Positions 39,503-50,572 of a stretch of DNA of 64,000 nucleotides are shown piece by piece. Within the stretch, counting starts at the first letter, position 1, and each line of letters opens with the position of its first letter. The notes beneath the pieces were generated by a model, which made no database searches, was not told the DNA's origin, and worked only from the letters and a program-made list of their open reading frames with translations. Both the position numbers and the translations under genes were made by a program. This DNA is from Mobula hypostoma (taxonomy: Eukaryota): assembly GCF_963921235.1 (NCBI RefSeq), contig NC_086097.1:184204001-184268000 (forward strand), written 5' to 3'.

Positions 39503-40260
39503 CACTGGACAACAAATTTTGTCAAAAGCGTTGCTTCCTCAGAAATTACTCTTGTTTATGATAGACCACTTGAAGCAGAGCACAAATATAATTTTAGACT
39601 ACCTGTATCATGTAGAAACAAGAAATTAACTTCAATTGAGTATCATGTGTTTAATTGCATAATGGTGTTGATGCTTTACAATAGGTCAATTAAGCTAAAA
39701 ATGTTTTGTTGATAATTTTCATTTGTACTCTGAGGCTTCTCACTGAAGTGTCCAACAATAATCAGCCAGTATTGATGGATTCCAGTTGCCCTGTTATTGT
39801 TTCTCCATGACCCCAATGTTCTGGTGAAACCTTTCACCATGCTCACCACTGACAGCGTCAAGATTTGCAGGGAAGAATTCTAAATGGGAATGTAGAAAAT
39901 GAATCTTTAGTGACATGCTGCACTTTGTGGTTTTGTATGCTTGAAACGTGTTGTCAACTACCTGCACATAGTTTGATGCTCTGCAAATGCCGAGAAAATT
40001 TTCAACAACATTCTTGAATGCCTAACATGTGATTTTCTCCGGATCCACTAGAAGTTCTTCAAGTTGCCTGACATTGATGACCTGTTTGATTTGTGGACCA
40101 ACAAAAATGCTGCCTTTAATCTTGGCGTCAATTATTCTGACTTGAATTATGAATTGAAATAAAGATGATTTTAAAAAATGGCAATTTTAATGATCAGCAG
40201 CCCAAAACTCATAAGGTACACTCAAAAGTATTCAGGAAGCAAAATCTGTGTTGTCCAATG
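39503..40260 (-). mobile_element. Internally deleted DNA transposon with transposase remnant
   Basis: TIRs cactggacaac / gttgtccaatg flanked by tta on both sides. Minus-strand translation gives IFVGPQIK..MSLKIHFLHSHLEFFPANLDAVSGEHGERFHQNI..LADYCW with stops. Confidence 0.8.
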
Positions 40261-41639
40261 TTAGTGTTCAGATGGCTTTTGTGTACCAGCAAGTAATGCA
40301 ACAAAGGTTTCTTTCATATTAAAGTGACTTTTCTTCCTTTAGCATTTCACAGTTCATGTGAAAATATCAATACAGTTAGGCCTTTTGAGGTACAGCTAGT
40401 CTTTATGAGAGTGCAGAGGGTGATGAGCTCAAGTCCCTAAGGGATGTGTTTTTGATAATAACCTTCATTTCAAATATACCAATATAGATCTATTATTCCC
40501 TTTCCACATCTAGTGCAACACATTTTAAATTACACTTGATACTTTATGCAAATGGCTATCTGATTAGACACTGTGGCAACGTCTGTTAATGTCTCCCAGG
40601 ATTTCTGTGGAGTTTTGTTTACGAACCATCAAAGCAGCACCAGAGAATGACGATTACTATGTTGCTTTGAAGGATGGATCACTAGCCATATTTTGCATTT
40701 TATAATTAGAAAAGTACAGTAGATCTTAATACAGCTTTATCTCTGCACTGTGATTTAACTACTGTAAAATATCAATGGGCTATAAATTTGTACAATGTGG
40801 AAGGATGTGCACTTGAAAATGAGTTTAACTTGGAGTAGAGCAAAATTGTAATTATTTACAAACCTTTTAATAACAGCTGGAAAATTCAAATGCTATCAAA
40901 AATCCACCAGGAAGTCTGGCAATGAAATGTGAGCCTGGAAACGGGAATCATTTGCACATGTTTTTAATCATCTATAATTTTTGTTTTCCCTTTTTTTTGT
41001 GTACTAGCAACCCTTTCCTGTTAAAATCTCGCCTTTGTGAAAGTAGCATCAATTATCTTTAGAGAGGCTGGTGTTTTCCCAGCACAGCCGACAGATGCCT
41101 GTTGAAAGCAACTTTTCTGGCACTGCTATCCCCACCCCCCCACCACCAACCACTCCCCAGCCCACTAATACTTCGGTTGTAATCTCTGATGTTGCTTCAG
41201 TTAATTTGTGCATTAAATAAGGATGAATTCTAATTTCTGGCAGAAAACTCTCCTAAATAATGTCAACAATGGCTTTGTTCCTGCAGAAGTTTCAACCTTG
41301 CTGATCTGAAAAATAGGTGTTCTTATTTGCTTGTAGAACAGTAAACATTTTAGAAATTTGTTCTCACTGAAGTGACATTTCAAGAGCCAGCATTCAAACT
41401 GCATTTTATAGCTGCCTATTCCTCAAGAATCTACAACCTTAATTTACACACAACTGGCACTTGGGATGGAGGCTCATTGGTATCTCGAGTGATCTTTCTG
41501 TGCACCAAAATGATACCTCTGAGCATTTGCATATGCCTCTTGGTGGTGACATGGAGGTAGACCGTAGGCTATTACAGCAGCTTGCTGTACTTTGTAGTCA
41601 TAGAAGGGGCTGTTAACCAAACTTTATAGGGACCACTAT

Positions 41640-42185
41640 CCATTAAATGCTGCCAGTGCCATGTGTCTCAAATAGCCTCTGGCAACCAACCTGGCTCCTG
41701 ACCTTCACATATGGCTTGCTTACTAAGCCTGGTAGAACCATTTCTACTGACAGGAGAAGGGGCAGAGGCAGGTTATTGGCACCTTAAAACCAGTCACTTT
41801 GGGCAGATGAGGCTTGTCAGCCGTGGTTGGCGGTTGATAAAGGAGAAGAAAATCTGATCTCAAACCTCTGCTGCCTTGCAGATACACCCACTTGTGAGGA
41901 AGGCTTTGAGAGTAAATCCCAAGGAAAAATTTGGAGCTGGAGTCCCTAAGGCAGGCCTAATTTGAGTTCAGTGCTGACAGGCAGCTCCTGCCACGTCACT
42001 AGTGCCAAACTGTTATCAGTCTTTGTCGTTCCTTTGGATTCATCAGGTGTGTGGAGAGGGGGAGTCTGCTGCGCGAGCAACAGCTTGCTCTCTATATTGT
42101 ACTATCCTGGCTTGTGTATCAACTTCATCAGCTAGGACGCATCATCCATGGTCAACGCTGACCAGCGGAAGCCATCAATGTGATT
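41640..42185 (+). mobile_element. Probable RTE-derived non-autonomous retroelement
   Basis: Resembles an RTE 5' UTR (recalled); 3' part shares ggagagggg..ctt motifs with the SINE at 28537. Confidence 0.5.
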
Positions 42186-42854
42186 AGGTAATGCTGTCGG
42201 TATATAGTACCAGGGATGAATCCTGGCAGCACTGCCTCCAGTAACCATCTGCTGTCACTGCTGTCTGTGGGTTTACATGAGCTAAAGTGCAACATCAGAG
42301 ATGGAAGGCATTTTTAATGTCAATCAAGCTGTCTACCACAAGTAGAAGCACATGCGATCTACTATTTGCACTAACCATACTCATCAAGAACGGTTTCCAA
42401 ATTTATCTGAAGACAAGTGCTTTGACCTTAGTGCAGCAGATGATAGCGCATGATACACAAGCCTGCTTGTTAAAATATCCAGGAGCTTCCCTGCGTAGCT
42501 TATTGATGTCATCAAGCTGCTGCTGTGTAGCAGATGCCCCAAGGCACAAGTGGGTGGGAACATAAGTGCTTGGAGAAAACAGAACAGCAGGTTACTTCAG
42601 AATCTGAATTCACCTTCAGATCAACAACATAAGCAATAGCAGCAGGTGCAAGATGCGAGGCCTTTTTGAGTCATGGCTGATGTTCCACCTTTTGAAGCTT
42701 GTTCCCCATATCACCTCATTCACTCAATGTCCAAGTAGCAATCTTGGCCTTGAATATACACCCTAAGGTGTGGAATTCTGAAGAATTACAGCCATCAATG
42801 TAAAATTAAACTCTCCTTATCTCAGCTCTAAATGGCTGATCCCTTAGCCGGTCC

Positions 42855-43335
42855 TGGCATTGTAGCGGTTAGCACAACTCTTTACGGTGCCCGCCAGTGA
42901 TCAACAGTTGGGGCTCAATTTCTGACACTGTCTGTAAGGAGTTTGTACATTCTCCTTGTGACCACATGGGTTGCTTCCCACATTCCAAAGACAGATGGGT
43001 TAAGGTTAATGAGTTTGCTATGTTGACACTGGAAATGTAGCATCCCTTCTGGGCTTCCCCCAGCATAATATTCCTGATGCAAACACGAGGAAATCTGCAG
43101 ATGCTGGAATTTCAAGCGACACACATAAAAGTTGCTGATGAATGCAGCAGGCCAGGCAGCATCTAGAGGAAGAGGTACAGTCGACGTTTCAGGCTGAGAC
43201 CCTTCGTCAGTCCTGACGAAGGGTCTTGGCCTGAAATGTCGACTGTATCTCTTCTTATAGATATTTTTCCTGATTTGATTTGATACAAACAACACATTTT
43301 GCTGTGTGATTCATTACACGTGTCTCAATAAAGCT
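42855..43335 (+). mobile_element. tRNA-derived SINE interrupted by a palindromic PLE insert (~43079-43262)
   Basis: gtagcggttagc head and SINE core; ttcctgat duplicated around the insert. Confidence 0.75.
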
Positions 43336-43529
43336 AATTTTTACTGTCCAGACAGATTAAAGGTCTTCCTGGCATCCATTTTGCCAATTTCCCTTGGAAA
43401 GATGTAAATAAGATTGAAAGATTATAGAGACAATTTATAAGGATGTTACCAGGTCTGGAAGACCTGAATTATAAGGAAAGATTGAATAAATTAGAACTTT
43501 ATTACCCAGAACATAGAAGATTAAGGGGA

Positions 43530-45261
43530 AAACAACAGGAATTCTGCAGATGCTGGAAATTCAAGCAACATACATCAAAGTTGTTGGTGAACGCAGCAGG
43601 CCAAGCAGCATCTATAGGAAGAGGCGCAGTCGACGTTTCAGGCCGAGACCCTTCGTCAGGACTAACTGAAGGAAGAGTGAGTAAGGGATTTGAAAGCTGG
43701 AGGGGGAGGGGGAGATGCAAAATGATAGGAGAAGACAGGAGGGGGAGGGATAGAGCTGAGAGCTGGACAGGTGATAGGCAAAAGGGGATACGAGAGGATC
43801 ATGGGACAGGAGGCCTAGGGAGAAAGACGGGGGGGGTGACCCAGAGGATGGGCAAGAGGTATATTCAGAGGGACAGAGGGAGAAAAAGGAGAGTGAGAGA
43901 AAGAATGTGTGCATAAAAAGGAGTAACAGCTGGGGTACGAGGGGGAGGTGGGGCCTAGCGGAAGTTAGAGAAGTCAATGTTCATGCCATCAGGTTGGAGG
44001 CTACCCAGACGGAATATAAGGTGTTGTTCCTCCAACCTGAGTGTGGCTTCATCTTTACAGTAGAGGAGGCCGTGGATAGACATGTCAGAATGGGAATGGG
44101 ATGTGGAATTAAAATGTGTGGCCACTGGGAGATCCTGCTTTCTCTGGCGGACAGAGCGTAGATGTTCAGCAAAGCGGTCTCCCAGTCTGCGTCGGGTCTC
44201 ACCAATATATAAAAGGCCACATCGGGAGCACCGGACGCAGTATATCACCCCAGTCGACTCACAGGTGAAGTGATGCCTCACCTGGAAGGACTGCCTGGGG
44301 CCCCGAATGGTGGCAAGGGAGGAAGCGTAAGGGCATGTGTAGCACTTGTTCCGCTTACACGGATAAGTGCCAGGAGGGAGATCAGTGGGGAGGGATGGGG
44401 GGACGAATGGACAAGGGAGCTGTGTAGGGAGCGAACCCTGCGGAATGCAGAGAGAGGGGGGGAGGGAAAGATGTGCTTAGTGGTGGGATCCCGTTGGAGG
44501 TGGCAACGTGCCCTTACGCTTCCTCCCTTGCCACCATTCGGGGCCCCAGGCAGTCCTTCCAGGTGAGGCATCACTTCACCTGTGAGTCGACTGGGGTGAT
44601 ATACTGCGTCCGGTGCTCCCGATGTGGCCTTCTATATATTGGTGAGACCCGATGCAAACTGGGACATCATTTCGCTGAACACCTACGCTCTGTCCGCCAG
44701 AGAAAGCAGAATCTCCCAATGGCCACAAATTTTAATTCCACATCCCATTCCCATTCTGATATGTCTATCCACGGCCTCCTCTACTGTAAAGATGAAGCCA
44801 CACTCAGGTTGGAGGAACAACACCTTATATTCCGTCTGGGTAGCCTCCAACCTGATGGCATGAACATTGACTTCTCTAACTTCCGCTAGGCCCCACCTCC
44901 CCCTCGTACCCCAGCTGTTACTCCTTTTTATGCACACATTCTTTCTCTCACTCTCCTTTTTCTCCCTCTGTCCCTCTGAATATACCTCTTGCCCATCCTC
45001 TGGGTCACCCCCCCCGTCTTTCTCCCTAGGCCTCCTGTCCCATGATCCTCTCGTATCCCCTTTTGCCTATCACCTGTCCAGCTCTCGGCTCTATCCCTCC
45101 CCCTCCTGTCTTCTCCTATCATTTTGCATCTCCCCCTCCCCCTCCAGCTTTCAAATCCCTTACTCACTCTTCCTTCAGTTAGTCCTGACGAAGGGTCTCG
45201 GCCTGAAACGTCGACTGCGCCTCTTCCTATAGATGCTGCTTGGCCTGCTGCGTTCACCAGC
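43530..45261. mobile_element. Young PLE inserted as an inverted repeat, with GIY-YIG endonuclease coding sequence on both arms
   Basis: GVIYCVRCSRCGLLYIGETRRRLGDRFAEH on minus (43955-44281) and its mirror on plus; 13-bp TSD aagattaagggga at 43517-43529 and 45262-45274. Confidence 0.95.
45181..45216 (+). ncRNA. Minimal type I hammerhead ribozyme motif of the PLE terminal repeat
   Basis: Stem I AGTC/GACT, core CTGACGA, stem II AGG..CCT, GAAA, palindromic ACGT stem III, GTC cleavage triplet (cut after 45212). Confidence 0.8.
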
Positions 45262-45779
45262 AAGATTAAGGGGAGATTTGATGGAGGTATACAAAATTAT
45301 GAAAGGTATAAATAGGGTTAATGCAGCAGGCTTTTTCCATTGAGGGTGGGTGAAACTACAACTTGAGGTCATGGGTTAAGAGTGAAAGGTAAAATGTTTA
45401 AAGAAACATGAGGGAAAGCTTCTTCACTCTTAGAGTGGTGTGAGTGTGGAACAAGTTGCCAGTGCAAGTAGTGGATGCGATTTCAATTTCAATGTTTAAC
45501 AGAAGTTTGGATAGGTAAATTGATGGGAAGGGTATGGAGGACTCTGGTCCAGGTGTAGCTCATTGGGACTAGGCACTTTAAATGGTTCAGTATTGACTAG
45601 ATGAGCCAAAGGGCCTGTGTCTGTGCTGCAGTTTTCTGTGACTCCAGTCCTCTGTCTTAATAAGACCACTTCTTTTATCTAAATACCAGTGAGTGTAGGC
45701 TTAGTTTATTTAATTGTTCTTCAAAGGCCAAACTTCCTTATCCCTTGTGCACTACCCTACACCCACAGCTCTGCCTTCA

Positions 45780-46145
45780 TCAATATTTATCACTTTCTCA
45801 AATATGTCAATCAGGCTTGTGAGGCACGACCTGCCCCTCACAAAACCATGCTGACTATCCCTAATCAAACGCTGCTTCTTCAAGTGCTTGAAATCCTGTC
45901 TCTTAAGAATCCTCTCCCGTAGTTTCTCACCACTAATGGAAGTCTCACTGGTCTGTAATTCCCAGGGTTATGCCTTTTACCTTTCTTAAACAGAGGAATA
46001 ACATTTGCCATCCTCCAATCTTCTGGCACTACTGCTGTTGCTAGTTAGGCCACAAAGATCATCTTTAATGGCATAGTAATTTCTTCCTCCGCTTCCTGTA
46101 GCAACTTGGGGTATATCCCGTTCAGCCCTGGAGACTGGCCCATCT
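45780..46145 (-). mobile_element. CR1 RT fragment
   Basis: cacaaaaccatgctgact (SQHGFV) and gtctcactggtctgtaattcccagg (PGNYRPVRL) on the minus strand. Confidence 0.8.
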
Positions 46146-46327
46146 TTCTGCTCTTGTTTCTTATGGTCTAAAATTAAAATAAATACTTTTTTTTCAGTTG
46201 AGGACTATTTCCATTCAACTACTAGCTTATCTCAAACTTGACAACATACTACTTGCATAGCAAACTTTGCTTGGAGTGGAGCTGAGCTTCACTCCCTCCG
46301 TGACACACGAGAGACTGCAGATGCTGG

Positions 46328-46897
46328 AGGTATAGGATATAAGAGCAGGGATGTGATGTTGAGGCTCTATAACACACTCGTGAGACAACACTTACAGTAT
46401 TGTGTGTAGTTTTGGGTTCCTTATTTTAGAAAGGATATACTGACTTGGAGAGGGTTCAGAGGAGATTCACAAGAATGATATTCGGAATGAAAAGGTTACC
46501 ATATGAGGAACGTCTGGCAGCTCTTGGGCTGTATTCCCTGGACTTCTGGAAAATGAGGAGGGATCTCATAGAAATATTCCAAATGTTAAAAGGCCGGGAC
46601 AGATTAGATATGGCAAAGTTATTTCCCATGGTAGGGGAGTCTAGGACAAGAGGGCACAACTTCAAGATTGAAGGGTGTCCATTTAGAACAGAAATGTGGA
46701 GAAATTACATTAGTCAGAGGATGTTAAATCTGTGGATAGGTAGGTTCTTGATTAGCCAGGACTTCAAAGGGTATGGGGAAAAGGCAGGGGAGTGGGGATG
46801 ACTGGAAGAATTGGATCAGCCCATGATTGAATGGTGGAGCAGAGTCGATGGGCCAAATGGCCTACTTCTGCTCCTATATCTTATGGTCTTATGGTCC
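46328..46897 (+). mobile_element. CR1 LINE 3' end
   Basis: ORF 46445-46801; (ttatggtc)n tail. Confidence 0.9.
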
Positions 46898-47343
46898 TAA
46901 ATCTTGAACAACAAACATGACATGCTTGAGGACCTCAGCAGGCCGGGCAGCATCCATGGAAGAAAACAAACAGTCATTTGAGTTTGCAAGTTGACCAGTG
47001 ACTGTAATATGTGACATCCCCAGCCCAACATTAGCTTGGAAGGTTTTCCATCTCCACCTCCTTTGGGGCTGGGCTAATGTACTACTGGAGGGATCTAAAT
47101 ACCATCAGATTTCAGTGAACAGTCAGATACTGAAGCATGATACATGCTCATTGCATCTTGACTATCTGACTGAATTCTGGCATTAAAATGTCACTTGGAT
47201 AAGGTAGCAGCAAAGCTCACGATGCAGTAATTTTTTCTTAAAATAAATTGGCTTCGCATTAGGAGTAGTTATTGCACCCCTTTGAACTTGTGATCTTATG
47301 CTCTGTAACAGGGGTCTATGTGCCAGCATGGACTCATTCTGGC

Positions 47344-48500
47344 AGAATCAGAATCAAGTTTATTAATACCGTCATCTGTTGTGAAATTTAACTTAGCAGC
47401 AGCAGTTCAATGTAGAAAAGAAAAAGTAAATCAATTACAGTATATGTATATTGAATAGATTAAAAATTGTGCAAAAACAGAAATAATATATGTTAAAAAA
47501 GTGAAGTAGTGTTCATGGGTTCAATGTCCATTTAGGAATTGGATGGCAGAGGGGAAGAAGCTGTTCCTGAAGCGCTGTGTGTGTGCCTTCAGGCTTCTGT
47601 ACCTCCTACCTGATGAGCAAAGGGTATGCCCTGGGTGCTGGGGGTCTTTAATAATTGGTCCTACCTTTCTGAGATGATGTCCTGGGTACTTCATTGGCTA
47701 GTACCCAAGTTGGAGCCAACTAAATTTATGACCCTCTGTAGCTTCTTTCAGTCCTCTGCAGTAGCAGCTCCATACCAGACAGTGATGCAGCCTGTCAAAA
47801 TGCTCTCCACAGTACATCTATAGATGTTTTTGAGTGTTTTTGTTGACATACCAAATCTCTTCAAACTCCTAATGAAGCATTGTCGCTGTCTTGCCTTCTT
47901 TATAGCTGCATTGATATGTTGGGACCAGGTTAGATCCTCAGAGATTTTGACCCAGGAACTTGAAACTGCTCATTGTCTCCACTTCTGATCTCTCTTTGAG
48001 GATTGGTATGTGTTCCTTCGTCTTGCCCTCCCGGAAGTCAACAATCTGCTCTTTTGTCTTACTGGCGTTGAGTGTCAGGTTGTTGCTGTGGCTCCGCTCT
48101 ACTAGTTGGCATATCTTGCTCCTCTATGTCCTCTCGTCTCCATCTCTGAGATTCTACCAGCAAAGGTTGATTCATCAGCAAATTTGTAGATGGTATTTGA
48201 GTTGTGCCTAGTCACACAGTCATGGGCGTAGAGAGAGTAGAGCAGTGGCCTAAGCACACACCCCTGAAGTGCTCCAGTATTGATCGTCAGTGAGGAGGAG
48301 ATATTATCACCAATCCGCACAGATTGTGGTCTTCCAGTTAGGAAGTCGAGAATCCAATTGCAGAGCGTGGTACAAAGTCTGTAACTTATCAATCAGGATT
48401 GTGGGGATGATGGTATAGTCGATGAACTGCATCCTGACATGGGTCTAAGACCATGTGAAGAGCCATTGAGATTGTGTCTGCCATTGACCTATTGTGGCGT
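47344..48500 (-). mobile_element. Rex1/Babar-like LINE fragment
   Basis: [43 protein letters not shown] (ORF 48102-48392). Confidence 0.9.
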
Positions 48501-48937
48501 AACTCAACCATGTTGTATCTGGACTGGGTAAGCCCTCAGTGCAAAGAATCAGTACTGTCTTTTTGGGTCTTTGTGAATATGTAGTTGCAGTTAATGTGCT
48601 TAGTCACAAACGATGACATACGATGGAAGGTGGTCTTTGCCCAAATTGTCACACTTGGTCACTAACAAGCTTGTTTGGAATAGATGAAAATACTGAATAA
48701 ATTAAAAACTTGCTATAATCTGCTTCTCAATGGACAGTAGCATATAGTCAAAAAGGTATGAATTTTGGAGGCAGAGTTCAGAATGCACTGATGTAACTTT
48801 CTAGCGCATGTATTACTCTGATCTGGGAATAAATGTGTAGGCAGGCACAAGCTTTTTAATTTTTATGACTCAAGGTAATGAAACAAATAAACTCAGTTGC
48901 CACGTTATGAGACACTTCCTGTACTCAATATTGCTGT

Positions 48938-49215
48938 CACTGAGTGTATGCATGTGGTCTCCTGCTGCTGTAGCCTGACGACTTCAAGGTTCGACGGGTT
49001 CTGCATTCAGAGATACTCTTCTACACACCACTGTTGTTACGCTTGGTGATTTGAGTTCCTGTCATCTTCCTGCCAGCTTGCGCAAGTCTGGCCATTCTCC
49101 TCTGACCTCTCTCATTAACAAGGTGTTTTTGCCCACAGAACTGCCATTTACTGGATTTTTTTTTGTTTTATCGCAACATTCTCTGTAAATTCTGGATACT
49201 GTTGTGCGTGAAAAT
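48938..49215. mobile_element. Tc1/mariner-like non-autonomous element fragment
   Basis: cactgagtgta repeat motif shared with the 39240-39417 terminus; body resembles fish Tc1-type MITEs (recalled). Confidence 0.55.
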
Positions 49216-49723
49216 GCACAAAAGGCCATACGACACTACCTGTAATTTAATATTTTAACAAACAGATGGTTGATATCTCGTGTTTCTGTTTTGGAATATC
49301 ATTTTGTTTTCCATTTTCATTCCAACCGTTTGTGTTTTTTCATTGTTTGTGCTAGTGCAAAGATGGGAGATCAGGAATGATGACATACAGACAAAGAAAA
49401 TGAATGGAGCTGTACCTTGATTTTCGGTTGTAACCATTAAGAGTAGATAAGAAGTCATAGCCTGGTGCTAGCATTCATTGCACCCCCCCCCCCCCCGACC
49501 CGGAGCAGTGACAAAACTCATTGTAAGGGCATTGAGGTGATGCGCTGTTGTGCCCATTTGGAAAGGAGCAAAAGCCTTGGGATACACAGGAATATCTGGA
49601 AGCTGCAGACTAGCATGTTTTGTACATGGAAGGCTGTGAAACCTTAAAGGACCCATCTCCAAAGTAGCCACAGACCAGTTGCGTTAAAGGTTGCTATAGA
49701 AGAGAGGGACAACAAATCATAAA

Positions 49724-49919
49724 TGTTATGTTACTTCTGTTTAAACGTACCGTGGGTTAACAGTAAAGAAACATATTCTGGAAGAATTAGAGAACTTTTA
49801 TTTACAGTAATAAACAAACACGTCTTAACGCAGCCACGTGCTGGAACATTCTGGCAATCCCGCGCATGCTCAGTGCTCTGTCCAATCGTACTGGCACATT
49901 ATTGCACATGATATCACCA
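49724..49919 (-). repeat. 3' LTR (~196 bp)
   Basis: Direct repeat of 51818-52015; about 17 substitutions and one 2-bp indel by manual count. Confidence 0.95.
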
Positions 49920-50114
49920 CATCTTCCTTTTCTTAAAAAGAAAAACAATTAACAACGTTAATCAAAACACATCTATATCAGATAACTGAAACTCTGAAGT
50001 TGGCTCTTTCTTAAAGCCTTGGCGATTCTTTCTTAACACCGCTCCCTCCTCTGTTTGGACCATGTATGATCTGGCCTGTGTCCACATATTCCTTTTATCT
50101 TGTATCCTCCCTTT

Positions 50115-50168
50115 GTCTTCTTGTCCTTCAGACAAATGTTTCCTTAGATCAGTCAATCCACGTTCCAC
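50115..50168 (-). pseudogene. RABEP1: Captured RABEP1 fragment, part 2
   Basis: VERGLTDLRKHLSEGQED versus recalled human AEREIADLRRRLSEGQEE. Confidence 0.8.
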
Positions 50169-50299
50169 TTCCATTTGTAATGAAATATGAATCTTCTTCA
50201 TCTAATTCATTCATTAACTGTGTAATCTCTTTCTTTATGCTGAGACTTCACCATTTCAATAATACTTCTCAATTCTTTCACTTGTGATTTCACTTCTTC
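50163..50299 (-). pseudogene. SH3KBP1: Captured SH3KBP1/CIN85 C-terminal coiled-coil fragment with two small indels
   Basis: Repaired translation [46 protein letters not shown] versus recalled human [47 protein letters not shown]. Confidence 0.8.
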
Positions 50300-50572
50300 C
50301 TTATACTGTGCCCACTGTGAGCGTTCTTGCTCTAGACGGTGATGAACCTGAATCTCATGTTCTCTCAGTGTCTCTTTCATCATCGTTTGCATTGAAGCAA
50401 TCTCCTGCCATTGCTTTTTCATATCACCAATTGCCTCTTGTTTGGTCGTCTCAGACACTGCAGCTACTGCTTTTATATTCTCCGTGTCAGCATTTGCCTC
50501 CATGAGCTGGACCTGCAGTCGAGTTACATCACCTTCTGCCGACTGTAATGCAACATTCTGGCGCTTCAGCTC
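50297..50572 (-). pseudogene. RABEP1: Captured RABEP1 (Rabaptin-5) N-terminal coiled-coil fragment, part 1
   Basis: ELKRQNVALQ..ENIKAVAAVSETTKQEAI..MKETLREHE..RLEQERSQWAQYKE versus recalled human DLKRQNAVLQ..ENIKAIATVSENTKQEAI..MKETVRDYE..RLEQERTQWAQYRE. Confidence 0.9.

Larger units (their letters stand above)
43396..45642 (+). mobile_element. CR1 LINE 3' fragment split by an inverted PLE
   Basis: MLPGLEDLNYKERLNKLELY..RRLRG resumes at 45262 as RLRGDLMEVYKIM. Confidence 0.88.

Noticed and set aside
39560..39880. Conserved non-coding element
   Set aside because: Minus-strand translation shows it is part of a decayed transposon.
43443..45372. Cluster of mirrored ORFs as new genes
   Set aside because: Explained by the inverted PLE arms and the split CR1.
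50207..50572. A functional RABEP1 or SH3KBP1 host gene
   Set aside because: Only intron-free fragments, enclosed between LTRs and fused to a protease, with indels in the CIN85 part.
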